Shown here piece after piece: positions 37,604 through 47,272 of a DNA stretch of 64,000 bases. Every line of letters begins with the position of its first letter. Position 1 is the stretch's first letter. The translations under genes and the position numbers were made by a program. A model generated the notes under the pieces. It saw only the letters and a list, made by a program, of their open reading frames with translations, searched no databases and was not told the origin of the DNA. Origin of the DNA: Geminicoccus sp. (GTDB lineage: Bacteria > Pseudomonadota > Alphaproteobacteria > Geminicoccales > Geminicoccaceae); assembly GCF_036263595.1 (NCBI RefSeq), contig NZ_DATAGQ010000110.1, positions 220-64,219 of the forward strand. Direction: 5' to 3'.

Positions 37604-39433
37604 TCAGATCCGGTCGAGCGTCGGTGTCTCGCCGCCTGCCCAGGCACCATCAAATCGCGCCTTCGCCTCGTTGGCAGCAGCATCGTCGCCGACCGCCGCA
37701 TTCGCGCGGACGAGCGCCTGCAGGGCATAGGCGTTGTTCGGCGCCTCCTTCAGCGCCATCTCCAGCGCGTCGATCGCCTCCTTGGGCCGCCCCGCCTCCA
37801 GCAGCGCCGCCCCCAGCGACTGCCGCACCGGGTAGTACCAGTAGGGCGGCTCCATGTAGGCGAGCGTGTCCTGCAGCGTGGCCGCCTTTTGCAGCGCGGT
37901 GGCCGCATCGTCCGGCCGCCCTTCCGCCCGTGCGATCCGCGCGTCCAGCACGAGCTGCTTGATCTGCGTCACCGCCTTGGCCGGCACCATCTGCGCCTCG
38001 ATCGCCGCGAAGTCGTTGGCGGCATCGATGGCGGCGATCGCCTGGACCTCCTTCTTTGCCTGCTCGAGGTCACCCTTGCGCACCGCCGCCGCACCCCGCG
38101 CAAAGTGCCAAGCTCCGTCCACCCATGGCATGTCGCCGCTGGGCTTCGCCATCGCCAGCACCGCGTCCGGATCGCCGAACTCGGCCTGCGCGTAGTAGGG
38201 CGCCTGCTTGATCGCCTGCACCACGCCGAACTGCCGGGCCATATCGTCGGAAAGCACCGTGCCGAGCTTGTCGGCCGCCGCCAGCGCCGTCTGCCCGTCG
38301 CCCGCGCGCGCCGCCGAGACCAGCACGAAGTGGACGTTGTGCGGGTAGTACACGTACCGGTACATGCCCTGCGACGGTGCCTGCGCGAACAGCTGCTCGT
38401 CCACCAGCACCGCCGCCTTGTTCGCTTCCAGCGAATCCAGGTAGCGGCCGATCCGGTAGTAGATGTGCGCCGGCATGTGGACGAGGTGCCCGGCCGAGGG
38501 GGCCTGTGCTGCCAGGCGGTCGGCATAGGGCTCCGCCCGCTCCGGCGTGGTCGAGGCCTCCACCGTGTGGATGTAAAGGTGGATCGCCGCCGCATGGTTC
38601 GGGTTGCGCTGAAGCACCCGCTCCAGGGCCACCACCTGCTCGGCCGTCCGCCCCTTCGGCGTCACCTTGTCGGCTGACCAGTAGTCCCAGGGCTGCAGGT
38701 TCATCAGCGCGTCGGCGAACAGGACCTGGACCTCGTCATGGTCCTGGAAGCGCCCCGCCAGCTTCCCCATCGCATCCGCATAAGCCGCATCCATCGCCTT
38801 GCGATCGGCGTCGGGATCGGCCGCATAGCGCTTCGCCAGCGCATCGATCAGCCCCTGCTCCACCTCGCTCGCCCCGTCGGCCAGCAGCTTCGCCTGGGCC
38901 AGCGCCGCAAACGCCGGTGCGACCGCCTCCGGCATCATCGGCGCATTGATGTTCGGCCCCCAGGCGAAAGCCTCGCCCCAGTAGCAGAGCGCGCAGGAAG
39001 GATCGGCCTTCTGCGCCTGCCGGAACGCCGCAATCGCGTCTTCATGGTTGAAGCCCCAGGACAGCCGCAGTCCCTGGTCGAACCAGCGTTGCGCGTCGGC
39101 GCTGTCGGTCGAGAGCTTGATCGTGGAGTTGCCATACCCCTCGCCCAGCGGCAGCCCCTTGGGCCCCTCGTCCGCCACTGCGGCGGCGGCCTCCAGGAGC
39201 CCATAGCCCGGCTTGAACCCCTCCGTCTTGAACTCGGGCAGCCCCGCCGCCGCGACACTCACCCGATGCCACGGTTTGCCCAGGCACAAGCCTGCCGACA
39301 GCCCCGGCAGCGGCTGCCACCCTGCAGGCGCTGCTGCCTCCGCCGCAAAACCCACCGTCATCGCGCAGGCCGATGCCATCAGCATCGACCGCAACAGGTA
39401 GCCGCTCATTCGGCATGCACGCTTCATGGCCAT
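37604..39433 (-). CDS. TPR repeat-containing exported protein
   Basis: A signal peptide (MLMASACAMTVGFAAEA) and multiple TPR-like helical repeats; 609 aa. Confidence 0.7.
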   Translation of the reverse strand: MAMKRACRMSGYLLRSMLMASACAMTVGFAAEAAAPAGWQPLPGLSAGLCLGKPWHRVSVAAAGLPEFKTEGFKPGYGLLEAAAAVADEGPKGLPLGEGYGNSTIKLSTDSADAQRWFDQGLRLSWGFNHEDAIAAFRQAQKADPSCALCYWGEAFAWGPNINAPMMPEAVAPAFAALAQAKLLADGASEVEQGLIDALAKRYAADPDADRKAMDAAYADAMGKLAGRFQDHDEVQVLFADALMNLQPWDYWSADKVTPKGRTAEQVVALERVLQRNPNHAAAIHLYIHTVEASTTPERAEPYADRLAAQAPSAGHLVHMPAHIYYRIGRYLDSLEANKAAVLVDEQLFAQAPSQGMYRYVYYPHNVHFVLVSAARAGDGQTALAAADKLGTVLSDDMARQFGVVQAIKQAPYYAQAEFGDPDAVLAMAKPSGDMPWVDGAWHFARGAAAVRKGDLEQAKKEVQAIAAIDAANDFAAIEAQMVPAKAVTQIKQLVLDARIARAEGRPDDAATALQKAATLQDTLAYMEPPYWYYPVRQSLGAALLEAGRPKEAIDALEMALKEAPNNAYALQALVRANAAVGDDAAANEAKARFDGAWAGGETPTLDRI

Positions 39434-39506
39434 CTCCAGTATCCCCAGGCACCAACGCCCCGAATGAATGATGGGACGGCACTAGCTTATCACATGGCGC
39501 GGCGAA

Positions 39507-39522
39507 TGTGATGACGATCACA
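39507..39522. promoter_or_regulatory. perfect CRP-type palindrome TGTGA-N6-TCACA
   Basis: TGTGAtgacgaTCACA lies about 75-90 bp upstream of the TPR gene start. A further ATCACAT half-site sits at 39489-39495. Confidence 0.35.
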
Positions 39523-39684
39523 GGTTGTAGGAGGGAGCCGGAGATCCGCCGAGCCTGCCGTTAGCCAGGACGATCGCCCTACCGATGGCGTGGCAGCGAA
39601 CGACAAGAACTGCAGCCATCGTCCGCAGCATGGCAGCAGTGGGTCAGCCCGACTGTCCCATATCGTTATCCTGGGTCGCTGCCT

Positions 39685-42297
39685 TCAGGCCTGCCGGGCC
39701 TCCTGGCTGCAGCTCAGTCCCGCCGATTCGATCGCATGCAGCAGGTGGGAGGTTTCATAGGGTTTCTGAACGATGACGGGCACGGCTGGCTGGTTGTCCA
39801 GCGGCAGGCGGTCGCCATAGCCGGAGGCCAGGATATAGGGCGTTCCGATCTTTCGCAGCTCGGAGGCCAACTCGAACGTCGTTCCCGTCCCGACGCTGAC
39901 GTCGAGCAGAGCGAAATCGTATCGGCCGCCCGCCAGGAACCTGTTGGCCTGATCGATGCTCGACGCCGTGTCGACCTGTGCCGCACCCAACTCCTTCAGC
40001 ATGTCTTCGGCTTCCAGGGCGATCAGCATGTTGTCCTCGACCAGCAGGACGCGCAGTCCATCCAGGGGCTGGGCACACGAGCCGGATGAAGCGGGGCTGG
40101 CGGTCGGCCGGTCATGAGCCGCATGGAAGCCCGCTCCGGCAGGCAGGCCGGGTGCGTCGACCAGATGCTGCTGCGGAATGAAGAAATCCACTTCCAGCCC
40201 TGACAGCACATAGCGGACCTCCGCCGAGCCATTGAGCTCGAACGGAACGGTGCGCTCGATGATGACCGAGCCGAATCCCCTGCGGATCGGCGCCTTGACC
40301 GGTGGGCCACCACGCTCCCGCCATTTGATGAAGAGCCCTTGGCCCTTCTTCGATTCCATCGTGACCGTTACTGTTCCCTGTTCGGACAGGGCCCCGTACT
40401 TGCAGGAGTTGGTGATCAGTTCATGGACGACCAGCGCCATCGTCGAGATCGCCAGCGGCTGCAGCAGGACGTCGGAACCCTCGACCTGCAGGCGCGTGCG
40501 CGCGGACTCCCCGCGCGCCGCGATCTCGTCCACGAACAGCGCCTTCAGCGGCGTTGGCCCCCAGTTCTGCTGCGTGATGCGGTCATGGGCACGCGCGAGC
40601 GACTGGATGCGTTCGCTTAACGCATCGACATATTGTGCCGTGTCCAACTGGGCGTAGCTGGTCTGCTTGATCAGGCTGCGGATGAGGCTGAGGAGATTGC
40701 GCACGCGGTGGTTCAATTCGGCGATCAGCAGTTCCTGCCGCTGGTCCGCCCGGCGCCGCTCCTCCGTGGCGCTGTCGGAATATCGCAGGATCACCTCGAT
40801 GAAGGCCAGCCGCATGGATTCTGCGATGCGCAGGTCCGCGTGGGAGAACGGCGTGGAACGGCCCCGGACCAGTTGCGCGAACGCCTCGAAGCTCTTGCGC
40901 GGGGAAAGGCGCATGCCATCGTCGCTGCGTTCCACGACCTTTGCCGGGTCCCCGCCCCAGTTGATCTGGTGCATCCGCTCCCGACGGAACAGCATGATAT
41001 AGTCGCGCGGCACCCGCGATATCGGAATGGCCAGCATGCCGGCAGCCAACGAGGCCGTCTCGGCACTGGCCGGATGAACGTCCTGCAGGGACGATGTCGC
41101 GAAGACGCGGCTGGGCGACGTCACGTTGAGATGAGCGGCAAGGCCGACAATGTTGTCCCTGCTCGGCGTGGCGCCGCTGCGGAAGACCTCGCCCGCCCGG
41201 TAGACGCCTACGCCGTCGCAGTCGATCATGCCGCGCGACATGTCCTGGATCCATTCCGGTTCGGACAGCAGGCTCTCGTCCCCTGCGATGGCGGTGATCA
41301 GGCGATCGGAGATGCTGCGCGCCCGTTGCTCGTCTTCGCCTTGCTGGTCGTGGACCCTTCCTTGCAGGGTCAGGGAATACATGTTCCCGAACAGCTCGGC
41401 CGCCGTGCGCATGACGAAGCTGGGAAGACGCGGGGACTGGTGATGGCATGCGATCAGGCCCCATAAGGCGCCATTCACGATGATCGAGATGGAGAGCGAG
41501 GCCCGCACCCCCATGTTCCCGAGATACTCGAGATGGATGGGTGACACGGCGCGGGTGACGGACAAGGACAGGTCGAGCAGCTCGACCATCTCACCTGCTG
41601 CCGGCAGCAGCGGAACGACCGGCGCATGAATGTCGGCGATGATGCGGAACGGGTTGCGCAGGTACAGCGCGCGGGCCTGCTTGGGGATGTCGGACGCCGG
41701 GTAGTGCAGGCCGAGCAGGCTCTCCATGCCTCCTCGCGTCGATTCCGCGATCACCTCGCCCGCACCGTCATGACCGAACCGGTAGATCATCACCCGGTCG
41801 AAGCCGGTGATGGCACGCACCTGACGGGCCGCATCCCTGTGAAAGGCTTCAAGGCTCTTCGCGCCATTGAGGCGGGCGATCATCGCGCGCACCATCGTCA
41901 CCGCCTCCAGGCGATCGGGTGCTTGGGAGAGTTCCCCCTCCAGGACCAGTAGCTCGCCCTGGAAATGCAGGCTCAGGTCGAGTGGTGGCTTGTCGGCGAC
42001 CAGGCCGACATGGAAGAGGCGCTCGTTGCCGGTCGAATAGAGCGCCGCCATCGTATTGCGGATATCGTGCTGTGCTGCCGCCGTGATCCACCGGTCGAAA
42101 TACGTTCCGATCATGGCTTGGGGCTCTACGCCCAGGAAGGCTTCGACGTTGGCCGACACCCTGGCGACGATCCAGTCGTTGGACAGGGCGATCAGGAAGC
42201 CGAAATGCTGGACATGCTCCAGCCGGGTGATCGGCTCGTTGTCACATTGCGTCAGTTCCAGGTTGTCGTTGAGGCTGCGTGACATGTCGTGCTCCAA
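39685..42297 (-). CDS. bacteriophytochrome: PAS-GAF-PHY photosensory core fused to an HWE histidine kinase and a C-terminal receiver
   Basis: N-terminal Cys context LTQCDNEPI; GAF motif SPIHLEYLGNMGVRASLSISI..LWGLIACHH; HWE kinase H-box ELNHRVRNLL; C-terminal REC (LLVEDN...). 870 aa. Confidence 0.9.
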   Translation of the reverse strand: MEHDMSRSLNDNLELTQCDNEPITRLEHVQHFGFLIALSNDWIVARVSANVEAFLGVEPQAMIGTYFDRWITAAAQHDIRNTMAALYSTGNERLFHVGLVADKPPLDLSLHFQGELLVLEGELSQAPDRLEAVTMVRAMIARLNGAKSLEAFHRDAARQVRAITGFDRVMIYRFGHDGAGEVIAESTRGGMESLLGLHYPASDIPKQARALYLRNPFRIIADIHAPVVPLLPAAGEMVELLDLSLSVTRAVSPIHLEYLGNMGVRASLSISIIVNGALWGLIACHHQSPRLPSFVMRTAAELFGNMYSLTLQGRVHDQQGEDEQRARSISDRLITAIAGDESLLSEPEWIQDMSRGMIDCDGVGVYRAGEVFRSGATPSRDNIVGLAAHLNVTSPSRVFATSSLQDVHPASAETASLAAGMLAIPISRVPRDYIMLFRRERMHQINWGGDPAKVVERSDDGMRLSPRKSFEAFAQLVRGRSTPFSHADLRIAESMRLAFIEVILRYSDSATEERRRADQRQELLIAELNHRVRNLLSLIRSLIKQTSYAQLDTAQYVDALSERIQSLARAHDRITQQNWGPTPLKALFVDEIAARGESARTRLQVEGSDVLLQPLAISTMALVVHELITNSCKYGALSEQGTVTVTMESKKGQGLFIKWRERGGPPVKAPIRRGFGSVIIERTVPFELNGSAEVRYVLSGLEVDFFIPQQHLVDAPGLPAGAGFHAAHDRPTASPASSGSCAQPLDGLRVLLVEDNMLIALEAEDMLKELGAAQVDTASSIDQANRFLAGGRYDFALLDVSVGTGTTFELASELRKIGTPYILASGYGDRLPLDNQPAVPVIVQKPYETSHLLHAIESAGLSCSQEARQA

Positions 42298-42304
42298 GAC
42301 GCAG

Positions 42305-43192
42305 CTACGTGATCGAACGTCGATAGGCGGCCGGGGACAACCCCTTCACCTCTCGAAAGGCGCGGCTGAACTGGACCGCTGACCGGAATCCAACAGCGCG
42401 TGCGACTGCTTCCAGGGAAAGCCGCGGATCATCCAGGAGCGGAATCGATTGTTCGACCCGGTAGGCGAGAACGAAGCTGTATGGCGATCGCCCGGTCACG
42501 TTCTTGAACGCTCGCGAGAAATGGAACCGGGTCAAGCCGGCAACGTCCGCCAGCTCGGTCACGCCGATATTCTTGTGCAGGTTCGCAGCAATAAAGTCAA
42601 ATACCCTTCGGAACTGCCGTTCGGAAAGACGACCGTTCTCCGAGCCGATGACGACGTTCAATACCTCGATCGCCGCGAGCAGGCACAGGCTCTCGGCCTG
42701 AAGATCATCCGGATCAGGCGACTTGATCAAGGTCTGCAATTTCTGCAGCGTAGACTGCAGCGACCAGTTGCGGACATGGACAAAAGGCCTGGGGTTGATC
42801 GAGAGGTATCGCTGACCCAGAACTGCGCGCAGGGCATGCGGATCGAAATACAGCAGCGTGACCGAATTGATGCGTGGCTTGGGCTTGGCCCATCCTGATA
42901 CGGAACAGCCCTGCGGAAGATACGTGATGGTATTGCGAATGTCGCCACAGCGATCCCGCGCCATTCCATCTACCATGATCTCGCCATCTTCGTGCCAGAT
43001 ATCATGAAGTGCCAGGTAATGGCTTTGGCCCGTGAACTTGTACGAATAACCGGTCTTGCCATCGACAACGATGTGCTCGGCGGCAAATCCTCCCCAACCC
43101 AGTGACAATCGTAGCGGCACCTCGCCCTGATGGTTCGGCACGTCCATGATCAGGCTTTCGGCCATCGCCACCGCACCCCTCCAATAGCGCAA
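42305..43192 (-). CDS. AraC family transcriptional regulator
   Basis: A C-terminal double HTH (GVTELADVAGLTRFHFSRAFKNVTGRSPYSF ... VGFRSAVQFSRAFREVKGLSPAAYR). It ends 8 nt upstream of the phytochrome start. Confidence 0.85.
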   Translation of the reverse strand: MRYWRGAVAMAESLIMDVPNHQGEVPLRLSLGWGGFAAEHIVVDGKTGYSYKFTGQSHYLALHDIWHEDGEIMVDGMARDRCGDIRNTITYLPQGCSVSGWAKPKPRINSVTLLYFDPHALRAVLGQRYLSINPRPFVHVRNWSLQSTLQKLQTLIKSPDPDDLQAESLCLLAAIEVLNVVIGSENGRLSERQFRRVFDFIAANLHKNIGVTELADVAGLTRFHFSRAFKNVTGRSPYSFVLAYRVEQSIPLLDDPRLSLEAVARAVGFRSAVQFSRAFREVKGLSPAAYRRSIT

Positions 43193-43261
43193 ATGTGCTT
43201 TAAATGGCCTCGGATTGCTTGTACATGCTCAATGTGTGGTCACCAGGAAGGTTGTGTCGCA

Positions 43262-43903
43262 ATGTCTGGCATGCACGCCCGACTGAAGACCCGCACGTCG
43301 GCTTGGCACGCCCGGGTCGAACGCGCCTTCGACCTGAAGAGGGTCGTGCGGGACCTGGACCATTACATCTGGACGATCCGTTGCCTGCGGCAGGCCCATG
43401 AACTGATCCGCTGGGAGGCCGAGCGCCTGGATCGGCAGACGGGTTCAGGCCGGCTGGCGATGCGGCTGGCATGGATGGATATCGATCTCGCTGCCCTTGG
43501 CGCGGCGTCGCCTCCCCCGCCGGAAATGGAGTGGAGCCTGGCGTCGTCGGATCATCTGCTTGGGGCTTTATACGTCCTGAACGGATCGGCCCTGGGCGGC
43601 CAGATCATACTTGGGCGCGTTTGTATCGGGCTTGGCCTGAGCCCACGGTCAGGCGCGCGATACTTCCGCGGGGACGGGCGAAGGACCCGCACGATCTGGC
43701 AGGCTTTTCTCGATGAACTGGCGGACATCGACCCCCTGTCCGCCAGGGGCGATCGGGTCGAGCAAGGCGCCCTCCAGACCTTCTCCTTGTTGCACCAGCT
43801 GCTTTCGCGGACCGTCCTGTTGCGGCCGCTTGCGGTCGAGGCAGTGGAGCCGGATATCCCCACCAAGAAGCTCTGCCGCAATCTGGCCAGCATCGCCGGC
43901 TAG
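43262..43903 (+). CDS. heme oxygenase-like protein (BphO-like, biliverdin-producing)
   Basis: ATG 43262. LKTRTSAWHARVE and GALYVLNGSALGGQII match the heme-oxygenase/BphO pattern. It is divergent from the araC-phytochrome pair. Confidence 0.65.
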   Translation: MSGMHARLKTRTSAWHARVERAFDLKRVVRDLDHYIWTIRCLRQAHELIRWEAERLDRQTGSGRLAMRLAWMDIDLAALGAASPPPPEMEWSLASSDHLLGALYVLNGSALGGQIILGRVCIGLGLSPRSGARYFRGDGRRTRTIWQAFLDELADIDPLSARGDRVEQGALQTFSLLHQLLSRTVLLRPLAVEAVEPDIPTKKLCRNLASIAG

Positions 43904-44061
43904 AAGGGCTCTGCCGACGCGGTGACGCTTTAGCGGTCTCACTCCAGGCTCGTCGTCATGGAGGCATCCTTCAGAGCACACCCTCCTGCGGATGATCCGC
44001 CGCCATCGTGGAGCCGTCTTGCGGCACCGCCTGTTTCCTCATCGACTGGCTGCCATCTACG

Positions 44062-45309
44062 ATGAGCGGCCGGCAAAAGAGATCGGGAGGAAGCCACGTG
44101 TCGAAGGTCGGGAAGGTTGCACTGTTCACCAACGAGTACCCGCCCAACGTCTATGGCGGTGCCGGCGTGCACGTGGAGTACCTGTCAAGGGCCATGGCCA
44201 AGCTCCTCGCCGTCGAGGTGCGCTGCTTCGGCAACCAGAAGAGCGAGGGCGGCAACCCGGTCGTGCGCGGCTATCCGGCCTGGACGGAAGCGAAGCAGGG
44301 CACCGATCCGCGCTTTGGCAGCGCCATCGACGCCTATGCCCGCTCGCTCGCAATGGCCAAGGACACGCTGGATGCCGACGTGGCGCACTGCCACACCTGG
44401 TACACCGACATGGCCGGCATGATCGCGAGCCGGCTCTGGGACGTGCCCTTCGTCCTGACCGTCCACTCGCTGGAGCCGCTGCGCCCCTGGAAGGTCGAGC
44501 AGCTCGGCAACGCCTACCACCTGAGTACCTGGATGGAGCGCACGGCGATGGAGCATGCCGACGCGATCATCGCCGTCTCGAAGGAGACCCGCGAGGACGT
44601 GCTCCGCCTGTTCGATGTCCAGCCGGCCCGGGTGCATGTCATCCATAACGGCATCGATCCCGAGGAGTACCGCCGGACCGAGGCGGACGACGCGCTGACG
44701 CGCTACGGCGTCGATCCGGCAAGGCCCTATCTGCTCTTCGTCGGCCGGATCACGCGGCAAAAGGGGATCATCCACCTCGTCAACGCGATCCCGGAGATCG
44801 ATCCTTCCCTGCAGATCGTCCTGTGCGCGGGCGCGCCTGATACGCCCGAGATCGGCCGCGAGATGGAGGCCCGCGTGGCCGAGGTCAGCGCCAAGCGCCC
44901 GGGCGTGATCTGGGTGCGCGAGATGCTGCCGCGGGCCGAGGTCATCCAGTTCTACAATCATGCCGCCATCTTCTGCTGCCCCTCGGTCTACGAGCCGTTC
45001 GGCATCATCAACCTCGAGGCCATGGCCTGCGAGACGGCCGTCGTCGCCTCGGCCGTGGGCGGCATTCCGGAGGTGGTCGTGCCGGAGGAGACCGGCCTGC
45101 TCGTCAACCCGAGGATCCGGGCCGGCAGCTTCGAGCCGGCCAATCCCGTGGAATTCTCGGCCGGCCTTGCCGCCGCGATCAACCGGCTGGCCCGCGACCC
45201 GGATCTGCGGGCACGCTTTGGTGCCAATGGCCGCCGCCGCGCGGTCGAGCAGTTCAGCTGGGACGCCATCGCGCAGCGCACGGTCGATCTCTACCATTCG
45301 CTACTCTAG
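44062..45309 (+). CDS. GT4 glycosyltransferase, glycogen synthase (Corynebacterium/GlgM-like family)
   Basis: VALFTNEYPPNVYGGAGVHVEYL is the characteristic N-terminus, and the C-terminus has a GT-B E-x7-E region (EPFGIINLEAMACE). The start is ATG 44062 or GTG 44098. Confidence 0.85.
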   Translation: MSGRQKRSGGSHVSKVGKVALFTNEYPPNVYGGAGVHVEYLSRAMAKLLAVEVRCFGNQKSEGGNPVVRGYPAWTEAKQGTDPRFGSAIDAYARSLAMAKDTLDADVAHCHTWYTDMAGMIASRLWDVPFVLTVHSLEPLRPWKVEQLGNAYHLSTWMERTAMEHADAIIAVSKETREDVLRLFDVQPARVHVIHNGIDPEEYRRTEADDALTRYGVDPARPYLLFVGRITRQKGIIHLVNAIPEIDPSLQIVLCAGAPDTPEIGREMEARVAEVSAKRPGVIWVREMLPRAEVIQFYNHAAIFCCPSVYEPFGIINLEAMACETAVVASAVGGIPEVVVPEETGLLVNPRIRAGSFEPANPVEFSAGLAAAINRLARDPDLRARFGANGRRRAVEQFSWDAIAQRTVDLYHSLL

Positions 45310-45603
45310 GCTCAGGGGTCCTGCGGGCCCTGAAGGCGTCGCCATGGTTCAGGATCATGCGCGGTCCGGTCGGGATTGGATGGAGATCGGCAGGGACCGG
45401 CCTCGCCGGAAGCGGCCCGTTGCTCTGGCAACTGGGCTGCCGGGCGAGGATCGTCCGGCAGCCGAACAGCGGGCAATAGGAGATGCCGCCCGGCCGCAGC
45501 ACCGGACACCAGGATGGCATCGAGAACAATGATAGCCGCTGGCAGGTCATCTCCGTTCGCGGGCACTTGGTTCCTTCGCCCCGCTCCTGCCATCGTCATG
45601 CCG

Positions 45604-45873
45604 CTACAGCGCCGCGGCCGGGGGCCTCACCTGCTGCTTGGCGGATCCCCCTGCGCGGGCGCAGGTCTTCGGCCCCGCCTGGGCAGAGGATTGGTCGCTG
45701 CCCACGCCGCTCGCGCGGTGCAGCAGTTCCGCGCAAAGGCGCAGACCTTCGGTTTGGCCTGACCGCCCGACCGTCGGACCGGCCGCGAACGCGCAGGCAG
45801 CACCGGTGCCGACAAGGGTTGCGACCAGCAAGGTCGAATGCAGGCTACGGCAGAATGAATGGTAGATATCCAT
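45604..45873 (-). CDS. possible small secreted protein
   Basis: ATG 45873 lies 7 nt after AGAGGTG. It has a signal-like LLVATLVGTGAACAFA and is 89 aa. No homology recognised. Confidence 0.3.
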   Translation of the reverse strand: MDIYHSFCRSLHSTLLVATLVGTGAACAFAAGPTVGRSGQTEGLRLCAELLHRASGVGSDQSSAQAGPKTCARAGGSAKQQVRPPAAAL

Positions 45874-46168
45874 CGACGTTCACCTCTGCTGGAGCCCGTG
45901 CCCAGCCCGGACAGCAGAGGACTAGCGGCTTCTCGCTCGGCCGCGGGTGACAGGAATCACACGAAACAACTGTATTTACGATCATTTCGCGCCGATGCGT
46001 CGGGGAGGAGCCGCAGGCGTGACCACTGGCCTCACGTGATCTTGTCCGGGAGCCGGCCCGGTTGCCGCCTGCGAGTTTGCCCGCCATGGCATCCCCGCCC
46101 GCCCCGTCGAGCGTTGGCCGGCTCGGACATGTCGAAGGCCGTTTCTAGGAATACTGGCAAGGCCCGCT

Positions 46169-47272
46169 TCAGGCTGCCTGCTGCACACGGTTGCTGAAGC
46201 GCGCATTGCCAAGGCCTGTACCGACCGTCAGCGCTCCCCAATGGCGGACATCCCGCATGCGATGCGCCTCGCTCAGGCCCTGCACCACGGCGTCATTGTG
46301 GACGACGATGTGGGGCCGGCGACCTGCAATGTCGGGCAGCGCCTCTTGCAGCCGCGCCGGCAGGTTGAACCCAGCTCCTTCCCATCCGCCGCCTGGCAGG
46401 TTCTGGCCGCCACGCTCGATCGTTCCATCTGCCGAGATGACGCCCGGGCAGCCGATGCCGACAAACGGAGCCAAGCGCAGCCTCTCCTGGTCTGCCTGCC
46501 CAGCAAGGCCACGCAGCATCTCTGCCAGTCGGGCGACGGCATCGTTCCGGTCGGGGTGCTCGTCGGCGTGGCGCCAGCGTTCTGAGGCGAGCACCCGCGC
46601 GCCAGACCCATCCTGGGCCGGCCCCAGGCCTATCAGGCCTACACGCATGTTGGTGCCGCCGATGTCGACGGCGAGGATGGCGTTGCGCCCCTCCAGGACA
46701 GCTGGCGGGGCCAGATGGACCGCCCCGCACAGTCCTGCCTCGTCTGGATGACGGGACACCGGGGTTATCTGGATCGGCTCCCCTTGTGCCTTGAGCAGGA
46801 TGCCGACACGGCCGATCGCCATCAGGCCGACCCGCGCCTCCAGAAAGCCGCCACCCACTGCAATCCGTTCGGTACCTTGCCAGGCGGGCAGGCGCAGGAA
46901 GCGGCGCACGACGCCAGCCATCTCGTGGGCAAATTCCTCGATGGCCGAATGCACAAGGCCGGCTGCTTCCGGGTCCTCATCCGCTGCTTGCAGCAGATCG
47001 TCCAGTTCGCCCCGATCGATCTGGTGGGTCGGTGTGCCCTCGCCCACCGTACCTTCCAACGGATCCACGCCATTGTTGCCGCGGCGAACACGTACCCGCC
47101 AATCTTCCAGCATCGCGATGAAGGATCGATTGCTGGCGCGATCGCCAAGGAAGCCCTTGCCGGTCGGATCTTCCAACTCGGCATTGTAGGTGTCGACACG
47201 AACCAGGCGCAGGTCCTTGGCGCCATGTTGCGGATCTGCGTTGAACCGCCTTGGCGCAGCATCCTGCGTCAT
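46169..47272 (-). CDS. ROK/sugar-kinase-fold protein with atypical segment order
   Basis: LAVDIGGTNMRVGL (phosphate-1), VGIGCPGV, HNDAVV and GTGLGNA occupy aa ~200-367. The segment normally found at the ROK C-terminus (RIAVGGGF ... DEAGLCGAV) lies at aa ~135-185. Confidence 0.7.
   Translation of the reverse strand: MTQDAAPRRFNADPQHGAKDLRLVRVDTYNAELEDPTGKGFLGDRASNRSFIAMLEDWRVRVRRGNNGVDPLEGTVGEGTPTHQIDRGELDDLLQAADEDPEAAGLVHSAIEEFAHEMAGVVRRFLRLPAWQGTERIAVGGGFLEARVGLMAIGRVGILLKAQGEPIQITPVSRHPDEAGLCGAVHLAPPAVLEGRNAILAVDIGGTNMRVGLIGLGPAQDGSGARVLASERWRHADEHPDRNDAVARLAEMLRGLAGQADQERLRLAPFVGIGCPGVISADGTIERGGQNLPGGGWEGAGFNLPARLQEALPDIAGRRPHIVVHNDAVVQGLSEAHRMRDVRHWGALTVGTGLGNARFSNRVQQAA

Noticed and set aside
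43130-43261. N-terminal 44 codons of ORF 43130..43903 as part of the heme oxygenase-like gene.
   Set aside because: This part overlaps the araC start region on the opposite strand and is His/Cys-rich nonsense. The family-like sequence begins at ATG 43262.
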